A stretch of 64,000 nt of DNA, from positions 19,658,406 to 19,722,405 of the forward strand of contig NC_068989.1 of assembly GCF_001194135.2 (NCBI RefSeq), in the 5' to 3' direction. The notes beneath the pieces are model-generated. The model was not told where the DNA came from. It saw only the letters and a program-made list of their open reading frames with translations, and searched no databases. Below are positions 1 to 11,680 of this stretch, piece by piece. This DNA comes from Octopus bimaculoides. Lineage: Eukaryota. Made by a program: the position numbers and the translations under genes. The first letter of the stretch is position 1; every line of letters begins with the position of its first letter.

Positions 1-548
1 TATATATATATATATATATATATCTCTCTCATTGCTATTATGTTAAACTGTTGTATGTCCAAATTTGATCAAATGCGTTTTTTCAATATTTATTTTTGCT
101 TGCAATAGCTGGTTCTTTTGGTCAAACTATTATATCTCTTGCTGTTTTAGATGCCAAGATATTAAAAATTGTCAAAGTGTAGTACAATGGTTTTGCTATG
201 GAATGGTGAAACTAGTTTTTCATTTTCTGAAAGAGCAATGTTTTGGACTTACGATACTTTTGCATAATAGCAACAATATATATCAGCTCTTTAAAAGCAG
301 ATTAGATAGTTCTAGAAGAAATTTATACTGTGTATGTGTGTTTGTATTTGTACATGCAGGTACATCTGTGTGTGGTTAAGAAACTTGTTTCGCAACCATA
401 TGGTCTCAGGTTCAGTCACATTCCATGGTGCTGTGGGCAAGCACCTTCTGCTATATCCCCAAGTTGACCAAAGCCTTGTGTGCATCTTTGGCAGACGAAC
501 TAAAGGAAGCCTGTTGTATATATTTATTTTAAACATGTGTGTAAGTTT

Positions 549-595
<47 letters not shown>

Positions 596-2760
596 CGTGC
601 GTGCACATGTATGTGTACATTTTTGTCTTGATATCATTATTGTTGTAAATGAGTGTCACCATCATATAAGAGATGGTGTTTATTTCCAGTCTTCTGTGAA
701 AAAGATGTCTGGCAATAGCAAATATTATTTTGTTTGTGTATATGTATATATTTATATATATACACACATGCTCACATACACGTGTACTTATGCGTGTTAT
801 GGAAATGCTAAATGATAGACTAATTAAGTAAAGCCATAAAATGTGATGCACTAGCGATGGCCTGTGTTAGCAAATAGTAGTACTGTTAATTAAACATTAT
901 ATAAACTCTCACAGATATGACATACAATTTTATCTATATTTAGTTGTGCACTCCCTTTGCGAAAACATGTGATAGTATGTCTGCTCTTTGATCAGAGCTG
1001 ACTTGAGACTAAGCAACATTAAACTTGTGCTAGTGACACACAAAACATGATTAAGATCTGTACTCTAAACTGGATGGTTTATTACTATTGTATCTTTGCT
1101 AACAATTACATACATACATACACACATACATACATACATATATACATACATGTGTGTGTGTGTCTTTATTCCAAACACTCTCATTTTCAACAGAGCAAAA
1201 TGTTTCTTTCATAAATTCCATTTCTCATTTCTTTCCTCTATATCATTTAACATTCGGTTGATCTTAAGTCTGAAACATCAAAAACTCTCTCCCTTTCTTA
1301 ATCTATCATTCAGCATAAAAGTGATAATTACACCTTACTTTCACTTTGACTTCTGTTTTTGTATGCTTTTGAACCTGTGCGTATATATGATGATGATTGA
1401 GGTGATGGTGGCAGTGGCAGCAATGGTGGCCGTGTTGTCGGTGGTAGCATTGTCTACTTTCCATACTGGCATGGTTTGAGTATTTTTGTATTGGGAACCA
1501 CTGCTTTCATAACCTGGTGCTTGTGTGTGTTTTCTACAGTTTGATGTCCTTTGTATTACCAACCACTTTACAGAGTATACTGGGAGCTTTTTTACTTGCA
1601 CCAACCCCAAAGAAGTTGGTTAGTCCTCAATGAGACAGGATCATAGGAACTGCACAACCCTATACTTTCTCTGTTCACTTGCTGCTCTTTTTGTGGTACC
1701 AGCACTAAAGAAATTGTCTTGCTTACCACTTAGACGAAATGCAAGAGTGTGTGTTTTTCTTCATGGCACCTATAGAGGAGGTGGGGTGCACTGTACACAA
1801 TAAATGTAGAAAATATTCAATAACCTAAGATATGTAGACTTCTACCTTTTACTTGTTTCAGTCATTAGACTGTGGCCATGCTGGGGCACTGCCATGAAGA
1901 ATTTTAACTGAACAAATTGACTTCAGCACTCATTTTAGTTATTAAGCCTGGTACTTATTCTTTCAGTTTATTTTGAGCAAGTATCTTTTTCCATACTCTT
2001 GGACTGTCCATTGTCTTGTGAGTGACAAGGTATTTATTTAGTAGATAGAAACTGTCCAGGGGCCTGTACAATCAACTGAATTTGAATTACTTCTGTAGAA
2101 TAGATTGAACTGTAAAGGAAACATTGGTAAACCACACTGTAATGTACCATATAAACCTTGTGGAGATTCCACAATGTTACCAGAAGCTGGTGTGATTTGA
2201 TGACCATTTCATCTACTGAGCATGATTTATCATTTACAAATAGAAATGTTGTTTAATATAAAATTTTAGAGTTGTAAATATGGAAGTAAGTCTTGCCACC
2301 TTGAATAACATCAGGAAACATATATATACATACATATAATAATTATTATTTAACTTTTATGAAATTTCTTGGTACTTATACCAATGATGAAATGAATATT
2401 AATTTTTCCAAAAGACAAATATTTATTACCTTAAAATAAAATTAAATAAAAACAAATTTCTTTTTTGTATTCATGCAATGAGGATATGTAATCATTTTTA
2501 TATAGATGCTGGTGTGTGTGGTTAAGAAACTTGCTTTCCAACTATGTGGCCTTGGTTTCAGTCCTACTGTATGGCATCTGGGGCAAGAGTCTTGGGTTGA
2601 CCAAAGTCCTGTGATTGAGTTTGGTAACAGAAACTGAAAGTAGTCCATAATTGTGTGTGTGTATAATGTACTGATCCATGACTGAAAATTCAACAAAAAA
2701 GTACTCCATCTGGCGAGAGATAAATATTATTTATTTAAAGGGCATAGTACCTGTATTTAA

Positions 2761-2820
2761 GTGCTACTAATAGTTTCATATGTTGAGAAAACTCAAATAT
2801 ATTCTTCAGGTGCAAACTAC
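2761..2820 (-). ncRNA. Type I hammerhead-ribozyme-like motif in the Penelope 3' pLTR
   Basis: Minus strand reads CTGAAGA, stem II ATATATTTGAG-TTTT-CTCAACATAT, GAA, quasi-palindromic stem III ACTA-T-TAGT, then A (GUA triplet; cut predicted between 2765 and 2764). Stem I is imperfect (TGC/GCA with 2 extra nt) and stem II closes with A-U instead of G-C. Confidence 0.6.
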
Positions 2821-3025
2821 ATATCATAATGAACTAAAGAAATTCAATAATAGAAGAAACGCGGAAAAATTGAGAAGGCAGCATATAGAAAAGGCAGACA
2901 GTAAACAACGGAAAACGGAAAATGGAAAATGAGAAAGAGAAACTAAAATGTAAAAAATAAGAAGTAAAAAGGCAAAAGAGCTATCCTCCTTAGATCTTAA
3001 ATGATAAGGTTGGAAACATATCAAA

Positions 3026-3980
3026 TCAGTCAGGAATAGACGGAATTTTCCAATTCTTCATATGCATGCAACCACTGAAAATTTCTGACCTGGAATTTAA
3101 TAGAGAGTTAGGGATCTTAGATCTGAACAGGATCTGCGCTCTTTCAGCCAAACAAAGTCTACATTTATTCAATCCATTAACATAAGGTATGGATTTCTCA
3201 ATTACTTTCCATTTAATCACATGTGGTGTTTCATTATCTTTCAAAGCCCATATGTAGCTAGCCAACTTAGTAGCCTTACTTTTGTCCCCATGTCGGAAGG
3301 AGGCTATGTGGTTGGCATAGCGATTTTTAAATTCACCTTCACATAATCCAATATAGGCCTTCCTATCAGTTGTATTATTATGTAGGGTTGCAGTAACTTC
3401 TGCCTCATATATGATAGATCTAGTCATACATCATTGGTCAAGTGGACAGGATCCTGGGTCGCCACAGTTGCAACTGGACTCGGGCTCTTGGTATTGACCA
3501 TGTGTATTGATACTCTTCATAATGGGGCAGCATCTATGTGATAATTTCACAGAACGTCAATTAAATATTTTCCTGTATCTGTGAGTGGCTGGAAAGTGTT
3601 TGTCTAGGAGAGACAGGAATCTTTTGCCAATGTTAGTTTTTATATTAAGAGAAAAGGGAAAGGTGAATTGAATAATTTTCCTTGGCCTATTTTTAGGTTT
3701 CTTATTATCTTGATTAATACTAGAATGGTTATGTACTATATCTTTGATGCCACTAGATCTCTTATTAATATTTTGATTATTATTAGAGTGATAATATTTT
3801 AATTTATCTTTGAAGCCACTATTGTTAAGGCCTTGTTATAATAGGGGGCAGCTTTCTTGAAAATTTCTTTGAAAGAAGAGAGGTTACACATTCTGTTACT
3901 AATATTAGCTACCAGGTTTTTAAATATTACAGGAGGGTAACAAGACTGTTTATGTACATATGTGAGTCTTTTGTTTTCAG
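3026..3980 (-). pseudogene. Disrupted Penelope-like RT/GIY-YIG ORF
   Basis: One 1-nt deletion near 3826 and two in-frame TGA codons (3557-3559, 3431-3433). The C-terminal 133 codons (3026-3427) remain open and encode the GIY-YIG domain. Confidence 0.88.
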
Positions 3981-4066
3981 TTATTTATTGTCTGCGTTTT
4001 CTACATGCTGCCTTCTCAATTTTTTCGTGTTTCTTTTATTATTCAACTTCTTTAGTTCGTTATGAC

Positions 4067-4140
4067 ATGTAGTTTGCACATGAAGAATATGTTTGTGTTT
4101 TTTCAACATATGAAACTATTAGTAGCACTTTAATACATGT
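4067..4140 (+). ncRNA. Second (inverted) copy of the Penelope pLTR hammerhead-like motif, core mutated
   Basis: ATGAAGA (C3 to A) at 4080-4086, stem II ATATGTT...AACATAT, GAAA at 4112-4115, CTATTAGTA, and distal stem I ATGTA/TACAT. Confidence 0.5.
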
Positions 4141-4574
4141 ATTGTGACCTTTAAATAATATGTATAATAAGATATATATTTATGTGTGTGTGCATGTGTG
4201 TACGGTGTGCATTTTGTATGTACTCTTGTCCTGACATCATGTGATGGTTGTAAACAAGCAGCACTGTCATACAAGTAAAAGTCATTTGTTTCCAGGATTT
4301 CATGAAAAACGTCTGTCCATGGGGAAATATTACCTTACTTGGAAACAAGAGTGGGTTGACAATAGGAATGGCATCAGGCTGTAAAAAATCTGCCTCAACA
4401 AATTCCGTCTGACTCATGGAAAATTGGATGTTGAACTATGATGATGATGATGATGATTTTTTTTATTTTATCAACATAATCACAAGCTACTCCATTCTGC
4501 AAAATTCCATTAAAAGTTTTGTACTTTTCAGAAAGGTGTAAAGACACTCACTCGTCCAGCACATCTTATATTAA

Positions 4575-4625
<51 letters not shown>

Positions 4626-5041
4626 GCAAAACCTAACTGGGGAAATTAAGCAGCCAACATTTATATCACCTTTTATTACATAGAAGTATATATATGAATA
4701 GATTGCAGGGTGGTTTCAATGGAAAAGGTCCTTCTAATAGTTTCTATGGAGAAGAGCATTCTTGTGCAAAATATTTTGGAATTAAATCAATGGAATTACA
4801 TGCCCATTGAACTGTGGTGGAGGTATGGGTGTGTAGTTGCTTCTCAAGTATGTGACCTTTGGTTCAGTCTGAAAGCACTATATTTTGGGCAAGTGCCTTC
4901 TATTATAGTACCTGAGTATTCCATAGACACATATATTTTTAATCAAAACCTCAGATAAACTCAGCATGAAGTGGCCAGGCCTTCAAATTACAGAAATGTG
5001 TGTGTGTATGTGCATGTGCACGTATGTGTGTGTGTATGCGC

Positions 5042-5073
<32 letters not shown>

Positions 5074-6251
5074 ATGCATGCCCCATGTGTGTTTCTTTGT
5101 GAGCACTGAAAGGTCCCGAACAGGTAAATGCAGATCATTTATTTGAATGACTAAGCAAAAAGGAGATAAAACTCGATTAAGATATAAAAAACTGATTAAT
5201 CACAGGTAATAGCATTCTCAGTCGATCATCATCATCATCATTTAACATCTGTTTTTCTTGTTGTCATTAGTTAGATGGTTTGACTAGAGTTGGTAACCTG
5301 GAGGGCTGCACCAGGCTCCAGTCGTCTGCTTTGGTTTGTTTTCTACAGCTGGATGCCCTTCCTAATGTCAGTCACTTTACAGAGTATACTGGGTTCTTTT
5401 ACAAGTTGCCAGCATGGGTGCCTTTCATGTGTCACCAGCATGAGTGTCTTTTTGGGGGCAATGAAGAATAAACTGTTCTGTGATCTATTTTTGATCTGTG
5501 TACTGTAAAGTGGAAAATTCAAATTTGTTATTTCATACATATTGTTTCCATGTGGTGCTTCCATATTTATTACATTTTGAATTTATCTCCTTTGCCTATC
5601 TTGAGGTTGTGGGACCTGTCCTACTAATCAAAGCCTTGGATACTCAGATTTCTCTGTTGAATTTTGATCTTATTTTTAGTTGTTTCAGTCACTTGACTGC
5701 TGTCATGTGTAAGTTTAGTCAAACAAATCAACCCCAGTATTTATTTTTTTAAGCCTGGTACTTATATTGATCACCTTTGCTGAACTGCTAAGTTATAAAG
5801 ATGTAATCAAACCAACACTGGTTGTCAAGTGGTTTTGAGGGACAAACTCAAAAAGACACACACATGCACATATGCACATGCTACACACACGCACACAAAC
5901 ACACATGCACATACACATACATGCATGATAGGTTTCTTTCAGTTTCCGTCTACCAAATCCACTCATGAGGATTTGGGTGACCTGAAGCTATAGAAAGCAT
6001 TCAAGATGCTACACAGTAGGACTGAACCCATCACCACATGGTTAGGAAGCAAACTTTTCAACCATACGGCCATACTTGTGCCTATAGGCAACACCTGCAC
6101 CACCTTTCGTAAAAACGTAGTTGTTTTGTCTTGTGATATGAATTAGAATAACATACAAATGTAAAGTGAAAAAAATTGTAGATATGTAAATGAGAAAGAA
6201 AAAAACACAACTGTCTAAGTTTAAGAAACAAGTGAACTAGTCTTCATTGTT

Positions 6252-6289
<38 letters not shown>

Positions 6290-7356
6290 TGTCATCATCA
6301 TTGTTTTATATCCGTTTTTTTTTATGCTGGCGTTGGTTGGTCAGGTCTTCTAACATCTGCCTGCCACCCATCATGTCCTCCATTGTTTTGTATGCATAAC
6401 AACAGTGAGAGACCAGCCAACTCTGTTGTTGAATATTTCATTATTTCTGTATGATTTCTATGGCCGAATCACCAACTCACTAACCACCTACCGCTTTATT
6501 GTGTAAGACTGAGTGCAATTATTTTGCCATTAGCAACTACAGGAGTAAACCCTGAGACGAGTCTTTCAACCCTACATTGTGGTCATTCCTTCCTTCTTGA
6601 TTTTTTTTTCTTTTTTGCTGGATGCCTTTCCTAATACAAACTACTTTGCATTGTGGACTGTATGCATTTTATTGCCCCACTGGAATAAGATTGGTTATCC
6701 CTCATATGACCAAAGAGTCCTATCACTGTCTTCTTTTGTGCTTTCAATTCTAGCATGTTTTTTTTTTAAGCTGAATGTCCTTCCTAACACTGTTTAAACA
6801 AATTGGTAGTTTATATTCAATTCAAGCAGTAGCCATCTTTTCTTTATGTTTTGCATGTTATTCAAAGAACTTAGAATTGTATTCTTTATTTCGATTTCAA
6901 AGATTTTCGGAAGGTTAGTACCAAGTCTGTCTTAATCCAGTAGACGTATGATCAAACGTATTTCAACTATGAGCATCTCCTTCCTTTTTTCCCCAGACAT
7001 TCTTCGTCAAACACTACATTATCCAACTTGTCCTTCTGTTTTTTTTAAGATGATAGGGTGTGATTTGATGGAGATTTAGCTGCTATTTTAGCAGGTCTGG
7101 CAAACTCAAAGAGTTTTCTTGTTGGTTCGTGTTAAGATGTTTTTGAAGGTGATATGGTTACCATATCGATAGATTACATGTAAAAATTGGAATCTCTCTG
7201 AATTAGTTGGGAATATCTTCAGTATAAGTCAGTTTTATCTAATTTTCCAACATGGTTCAGTCCCACTGCACTGCACCTTGGGCAAATGTTTTCTGCTATA
7301 ACCTCTGACTGACAAACAGCTTATGAGTGAATTTAGTAGACAGAAACTGCGTGGAA

Positions 7357-7565
7357 AGGTGGCGAGCTGGCAGAAACGTTAGCACGCTGGGCGAAATGCT
7401 TAGCGGTATTTCGTCTGTCTTTACATTCTGAGTTCAAATTCCACCGAGGTCGACTTTGCCTTTCATCCTTACGGGGTCGATAAATTAAGTACCAGTTGCG
7501 CACTAGGGTCGATGTAATTGACTTAATTCCTTTGTCTATCCTTGTTTGTCCCCTCTGAAGAAATA
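7357..7565 (+). mobile_element. tRNA-derived SINE family 'A' (GGCGGCGAGCTGGCAGAA...GAGTTCAAATTCC...GGGGTCGATAAATTAAGTACCAG); representative copy
   Basis: A/B-box-like motifs and a 15-bp TSD AGAAACTGC(G/A)TGGAA at 7342-7356 and 7566-7580. Other copies: 33260-33584 (TSD AAACTCTTTCATA), 38808-39240, 43823-44051, and many decayed ones (13.7, 14.3, 30.1, 31.0, 36.1, 42.5-42.9, 47.8, 54.2, 57.9, 58.8, 59.9, 61.7 kb). Confidence 0.85.
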
Positions 7566-10056
7566 AGAAACTGCATGGAATCCTGTCATTTAAATGTGTG
7601 CGTGTGTGTGCAGTTTAATTAAAACCCTTCAGTGTGGTGGCCCAGTATGGTTGCAACCTAAAGACTGAAACAGTAAAAGGTAAAATGTAAAAAACACAAA
7701 GAAAACATATGAAAGATACTACAACAATCATACCATTCTAGTGCCCATCAAAATTGAATTCTTAGAGAAATTTACTTTTGGGCATGCATGAATCCAAAAG
7801 TGGAATATTACTGTGCTATAATGCCTGGTCATAGGTATTTTGTATCTTTGGATAGACTATGCCATTCTCTTTATATTGGACTATCCAGTGAAAAAATTAT
7901 GGATCATTTCTAAATCATTGTAGATCAAGTCTTGAAAAGAAGGGCATCAAAAAGAAACGCTATTCATGGAACAGAGAAATGTGTTCCTAAAACACATTCT
8001 ACATGGCTCTACTTTCAGACCCTTCCATCATGGGTATAAAATTGAAGAAAAAAATATTAATTTACTCTCATAGGAAGCCATGATAAAACACTGACAAATA
8101 TACAAGAAAGAACGAAGCAGTTGTTTTTGAATGATTAATTAGAAAGAATGACATTTTGCCAATACAGCTAAGCAATTAACTAATTACATTCTCAAAATAA
8201 TGAGGAAATCCTAATAGAACGATTCCTACCATCTTTTTGATCCAGACTGGAAGCAATTTGTAAAAATTCTACCCTCTTCAACTAAGCAGCATTCTAGTAA
8301 AAGACAAAAATTGTTTCATTTTATGGTTTTTGATCATCAATGGCATATCAGGTAAATTTTTGATTCTAGTTGTTACACCTGTTGTTGTTTAGCCTCAGGT
8401 TAGCCCAGCGCTAGCAGATCTGTTTGGTTTTATTTTTTGTTTCAAGGTCATCTTGTGTAGGAAAGCATATAATTAGTCAACCCAAGTATGTTATTGGCAA
8501 TTCTTTTACTGAGCCAATAAGTATCTGAAGTCAGGTTGTTGAACTTGGTATTCTGCTGCCTTGACCATGTACCATTTCAATGAAATATTAAATTCTTACA
8601 CAGACAAAATCTCAGATTTATAAAAGTGAATTGAAATTGTGTGATATTCATGCCTTTCTAAGGGGTATTATTAGCACATTTGAAGTAGCTTCATTTGTGA
8701 AGACTCACTGTTGCTCTTGAAAAATGAAGAGTTGTTACATGTATTTTTGTTTGAAGTCTATAGTAGAATGGCTTAAAAGAGAAGAAAAAAACATCCTGTA
8801 GACAGATATTGATTTATCTTACCACAACAGTTGTTCTTCAGTGAGCCGTTGCTGTTTTACCAAAGAGAGTAAATTCCATTCAAGTAGAATATCTAGGGAA
8901 CAGGAATACAATCTCTGTTGTGGGAATTTCCAGTATAGTTGTCCATAAAAAAGGATATAAAAAGAATATTACTACCATTATTGTTCATGTGATTCTTATA
9001 AAAAGAAATAATTTTTGATTATGAATTCAGATTTGTGTGTGACATGAAAATAAACATTGTAAGCTTTAACGTTTTTATTGTACTATCTTTATTGAGAAAA
9101 TAATTAAAATAGCCATGAATAAAACCCAACCCACTAAAAAAACAAAAACCAAAAAACTAACAAGGAAATTTATTATATTCAGTTTAAGTATAGAGAGTGA
9201 AAGATGTTCTGCAATGTAATTATAGTAGGATACTGACTGTATCTGATGCTCTAATGAGCATCGGATGCAATGTCTTGTGGTATTTGTTCTAACACTTTGC
9301 ACTCATGAATTCAAGCACGGTCAAGGTCGACTTTATCTTTCATCCTTTTAGAGTCGGTAAAAAAGTACCAACTGAAAGGTGGTGGATTAGCAGAACTGTA
9401 AGTGCCTTGCGGTATTTGCTCTGGCGGTTTGTGTTCTGAGTTCAAATTCTGCCATGGCCTACTTGTATAGTAAATTTAATCTGTCATTAGTTTAGTTTCT
9501 CTCTCTGCACTGGGAGTGCCTTTAACAAAAGTTCACTCTTGAGATGTAAGTATTCGGGCCTGGTCTTCAGTTTGAGGGTATCTTCTTCCTTCCTTCAACC
9601 TCTCAAAGGTTATTTAAAGGGTCATGGGCATTGGTCTTCATTATTGACTAAAAGATGTAAAATAAAAAAATAAATAAACAAAAGAAGGTAAAATCAGTAA
9701 AATGGTTGTTCAAAAAGTGTTATTTAGTTATAGTGATTTGAATTTAGTTAATGGACTTCTCTCTAACTTTTCTCTCATATAGGCCTTATAGTAGCTGATA
9801 TCGATAAATAAAGTTTTTTTAAATTCTTTTTTTCTTTATTATTATGATCAGATTTGAAACTATTATATTAGAAGAACAGATTGGGCATTAATTTCCTTCA
9901 AATTTCAAGATCTTGATAGAACCAGTTCTAATGAGAGAACAATTTTCCAAAAATAGCTGTTAAAGAAACTCAGGTCTTTGTAGTAACTGATGGAATTGTT
10001 TATGTTCCCACAATAACATATATTGACAGTGTTGTTGATGTCTCCACTATAATGTA

Positions 10057-10273
10057 TGAGAGGGTGCAGAAAAGTTTCTGGCTTTGGGTAAAAGAAAATA
10101 TAGGAAGATCAGTTAATAATGATTTTATTCAACCTATTCCCCTCTCAGATTCATACACTTATTGCAACAGTCCTTCAGATTTTCTAAGCCCTGTAAAAGA
10201 ACTTGGAAGGTTGGGCCTCCAACCTGGCCTTTCATGGTACTCTTAAAGCCAGGAACTTTGCAGCACCCCCTCG
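10057..10273. mobile_element. Mariner/Tc1-type MITE
   Basis: ~30-nt TIRs (TGAGAGGGTGCAGAAAAGTTTCTGGCTTT vs reverse complement CGAGGGGGTGCTGCAAAGTTCCTGGCTTT), flanked by TA at 10055-10056 and 10274-10275. Confidence 0.85.
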
Positions 10274-10792
10274 TATATTGACAATATTGTTGATGTCCCC
10301 ACTACAATGTTATCATTGGTATATTATCAAGGTCTTCACTATACTGTTTATTGATGGAGTATTTTGTACCTTAACTTTTTACCTGCTCTGTGTATATCAT
10401 ATGATATACCAAACGTATTACCTTGATGTTTGTGCATCGTATATATGAGCACAAATTCAATTTTTTCTCAATCATAAGAGTAACTTAGGACTTATCAAGG
10501 CAAAATTTTATATCACTCAGAATGTAGGAAACAATGGCTAACTAAGAGTCTGAGAACAGACATGGACATTTATGACAAACTTATGAAAATGCTTTGGAGT
10601 GATAAAGAGTTAATAAATGAAATAAATATTAAAATTTCTACCGTGGTGCTGGAACAGAACAAGAGATTAAGCTGTCAAATTTACTCTGTGATAAATATAT
10701 AAACATTGAGAGTGTTGACATGACTTTGTGAATAAAATCTCCAATTTCTCAATGTGATAAATTCAGAGCTGAGATGGCTCTTGTCTATGAAA

Positions 10793-11680
10793 TGCATGGT
10801 CCGATCAGCAAGTATCCAGACTGTTGCTATAGTAATGAAGCTAAAGCACAGAGAGTGAAGCTGCTTTGCACAGATTGACTTTGAATTCTGCTGTGCATGT
10901 GCTCTAAGTTTTAATGTACTAGCTCACTTCCGATGTTTACAGCAGTGCTTGGAAGGAAGGTGTGTAGTGTGTGATTGTCGCATTGACCATGACAGACAAA
11001 GTTGAGCAGAAAATTTGCATCAAATTTTACCAAATGCTTGGGGATACTTGCTCAAAGGCTACACAAAGTTTTCAAAAAGTTTTCATTGTTCTTGACACAA
11101 TCAAAGAGATCTTGTGCAACTGAAACCTAAGTGTCTTTTTGGTCAGCTGAAAGCAGTTTTGACAGACGCTTCTTGTATCCTAATCTTCAGTGATAGTGGA
11201 CTGAACTGAACTGTAACTAATCTTCACCTCCTCAGATAACTTACGGATGGTGATTTGATGATTTCTCTTCACAGTTGCATGCACATCCATGATGTTTTCC
11301 TCAGTTTTGCTGGTTGCAGGTCACCCAGAACGTTTGTCAATATTGACATTTTTTCAGCCAGCTTGGGAATGTCTGAACCACTCGTACACTTGTGTGCAGC
11401 TCATACACTCCTCTCCATACACTTTCTGCAACTTTGCATAGGCCTCTGAGCAGGTATCACTATGACAACTTTCTTTGTCAAGGTCAATGCAACGACCACA
11501 CACTACACACCTTCCTTCGAAGCACTGCTGCTGTAAAAAGCAGAAGTGAGCTAGAACATTAAAACTTAGTGTGCATGCACAACAGAGTTCAAGGTTAACC
11601 TGTGTCAAGTGGCTTTACTCTGTGTGCTTTAGCTTCGTTACTATGGCAACAGTCTGGATACTTATTGATCAGACCTTGTA
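10793..11680. mobile_element. Non-autonomous mariner derivative built from two inward-facing 5' ends
   Basis: ~65-nt terminal inverted repeats. Plus strand near 10989 gives MTDKVEQKICIKFYQMLGDTCS. Minus strand 11500-11075 gives ...LQKVYGEECMSCTQVYEWF...DKRSG*PATSKTEENI...QITIRKLSEEVKIS..., the mariner N-terminal HTH region. Confidence 0.85.

Larger units (their letters stand above)
2748..4141 (-). mobile_element. 5'-truncated Penelope-like retroelement (RT thumb, Cys linker, GIY-YIG endonuclease, 3' pLTR) with an inverted pLTR copy at its 5' junction
   Basis: Minus-strand translation from 3960 gives YVHKQSCYPPVIFKNL..., ...[23 protein letters not shown]..., CNCGDPGSCPLDQ*C, SIIYEAEV...AYIGLCEGEFKNRYANH, CRLCLAE and CMH. 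Segments 2748-2908 (-) and 3981-4141 (+) are inverted copies of one ~160-nt sequence. Confidence 0.9.

Noticed and set aside
3431-3559. Two in-frame TGA codons in the Penelope ORF as possible selenocysteine recoding (some PLEs are reported to encode selenoproteins)
   Set aside because: Both TGAs align to non-Cys positions and fit CGA-to-TGA decay; the conserved cysteines are ordinary TGY codons, and the ORF also has a frameshift.
7137-7154. ATG TTT TTG AAG|GTGATA as the missing first exon of the ANKRD29-like gene
   Set aside because: Weak donor, no promoter context, and adjacent to repeat-derived sequence; most likely chance.
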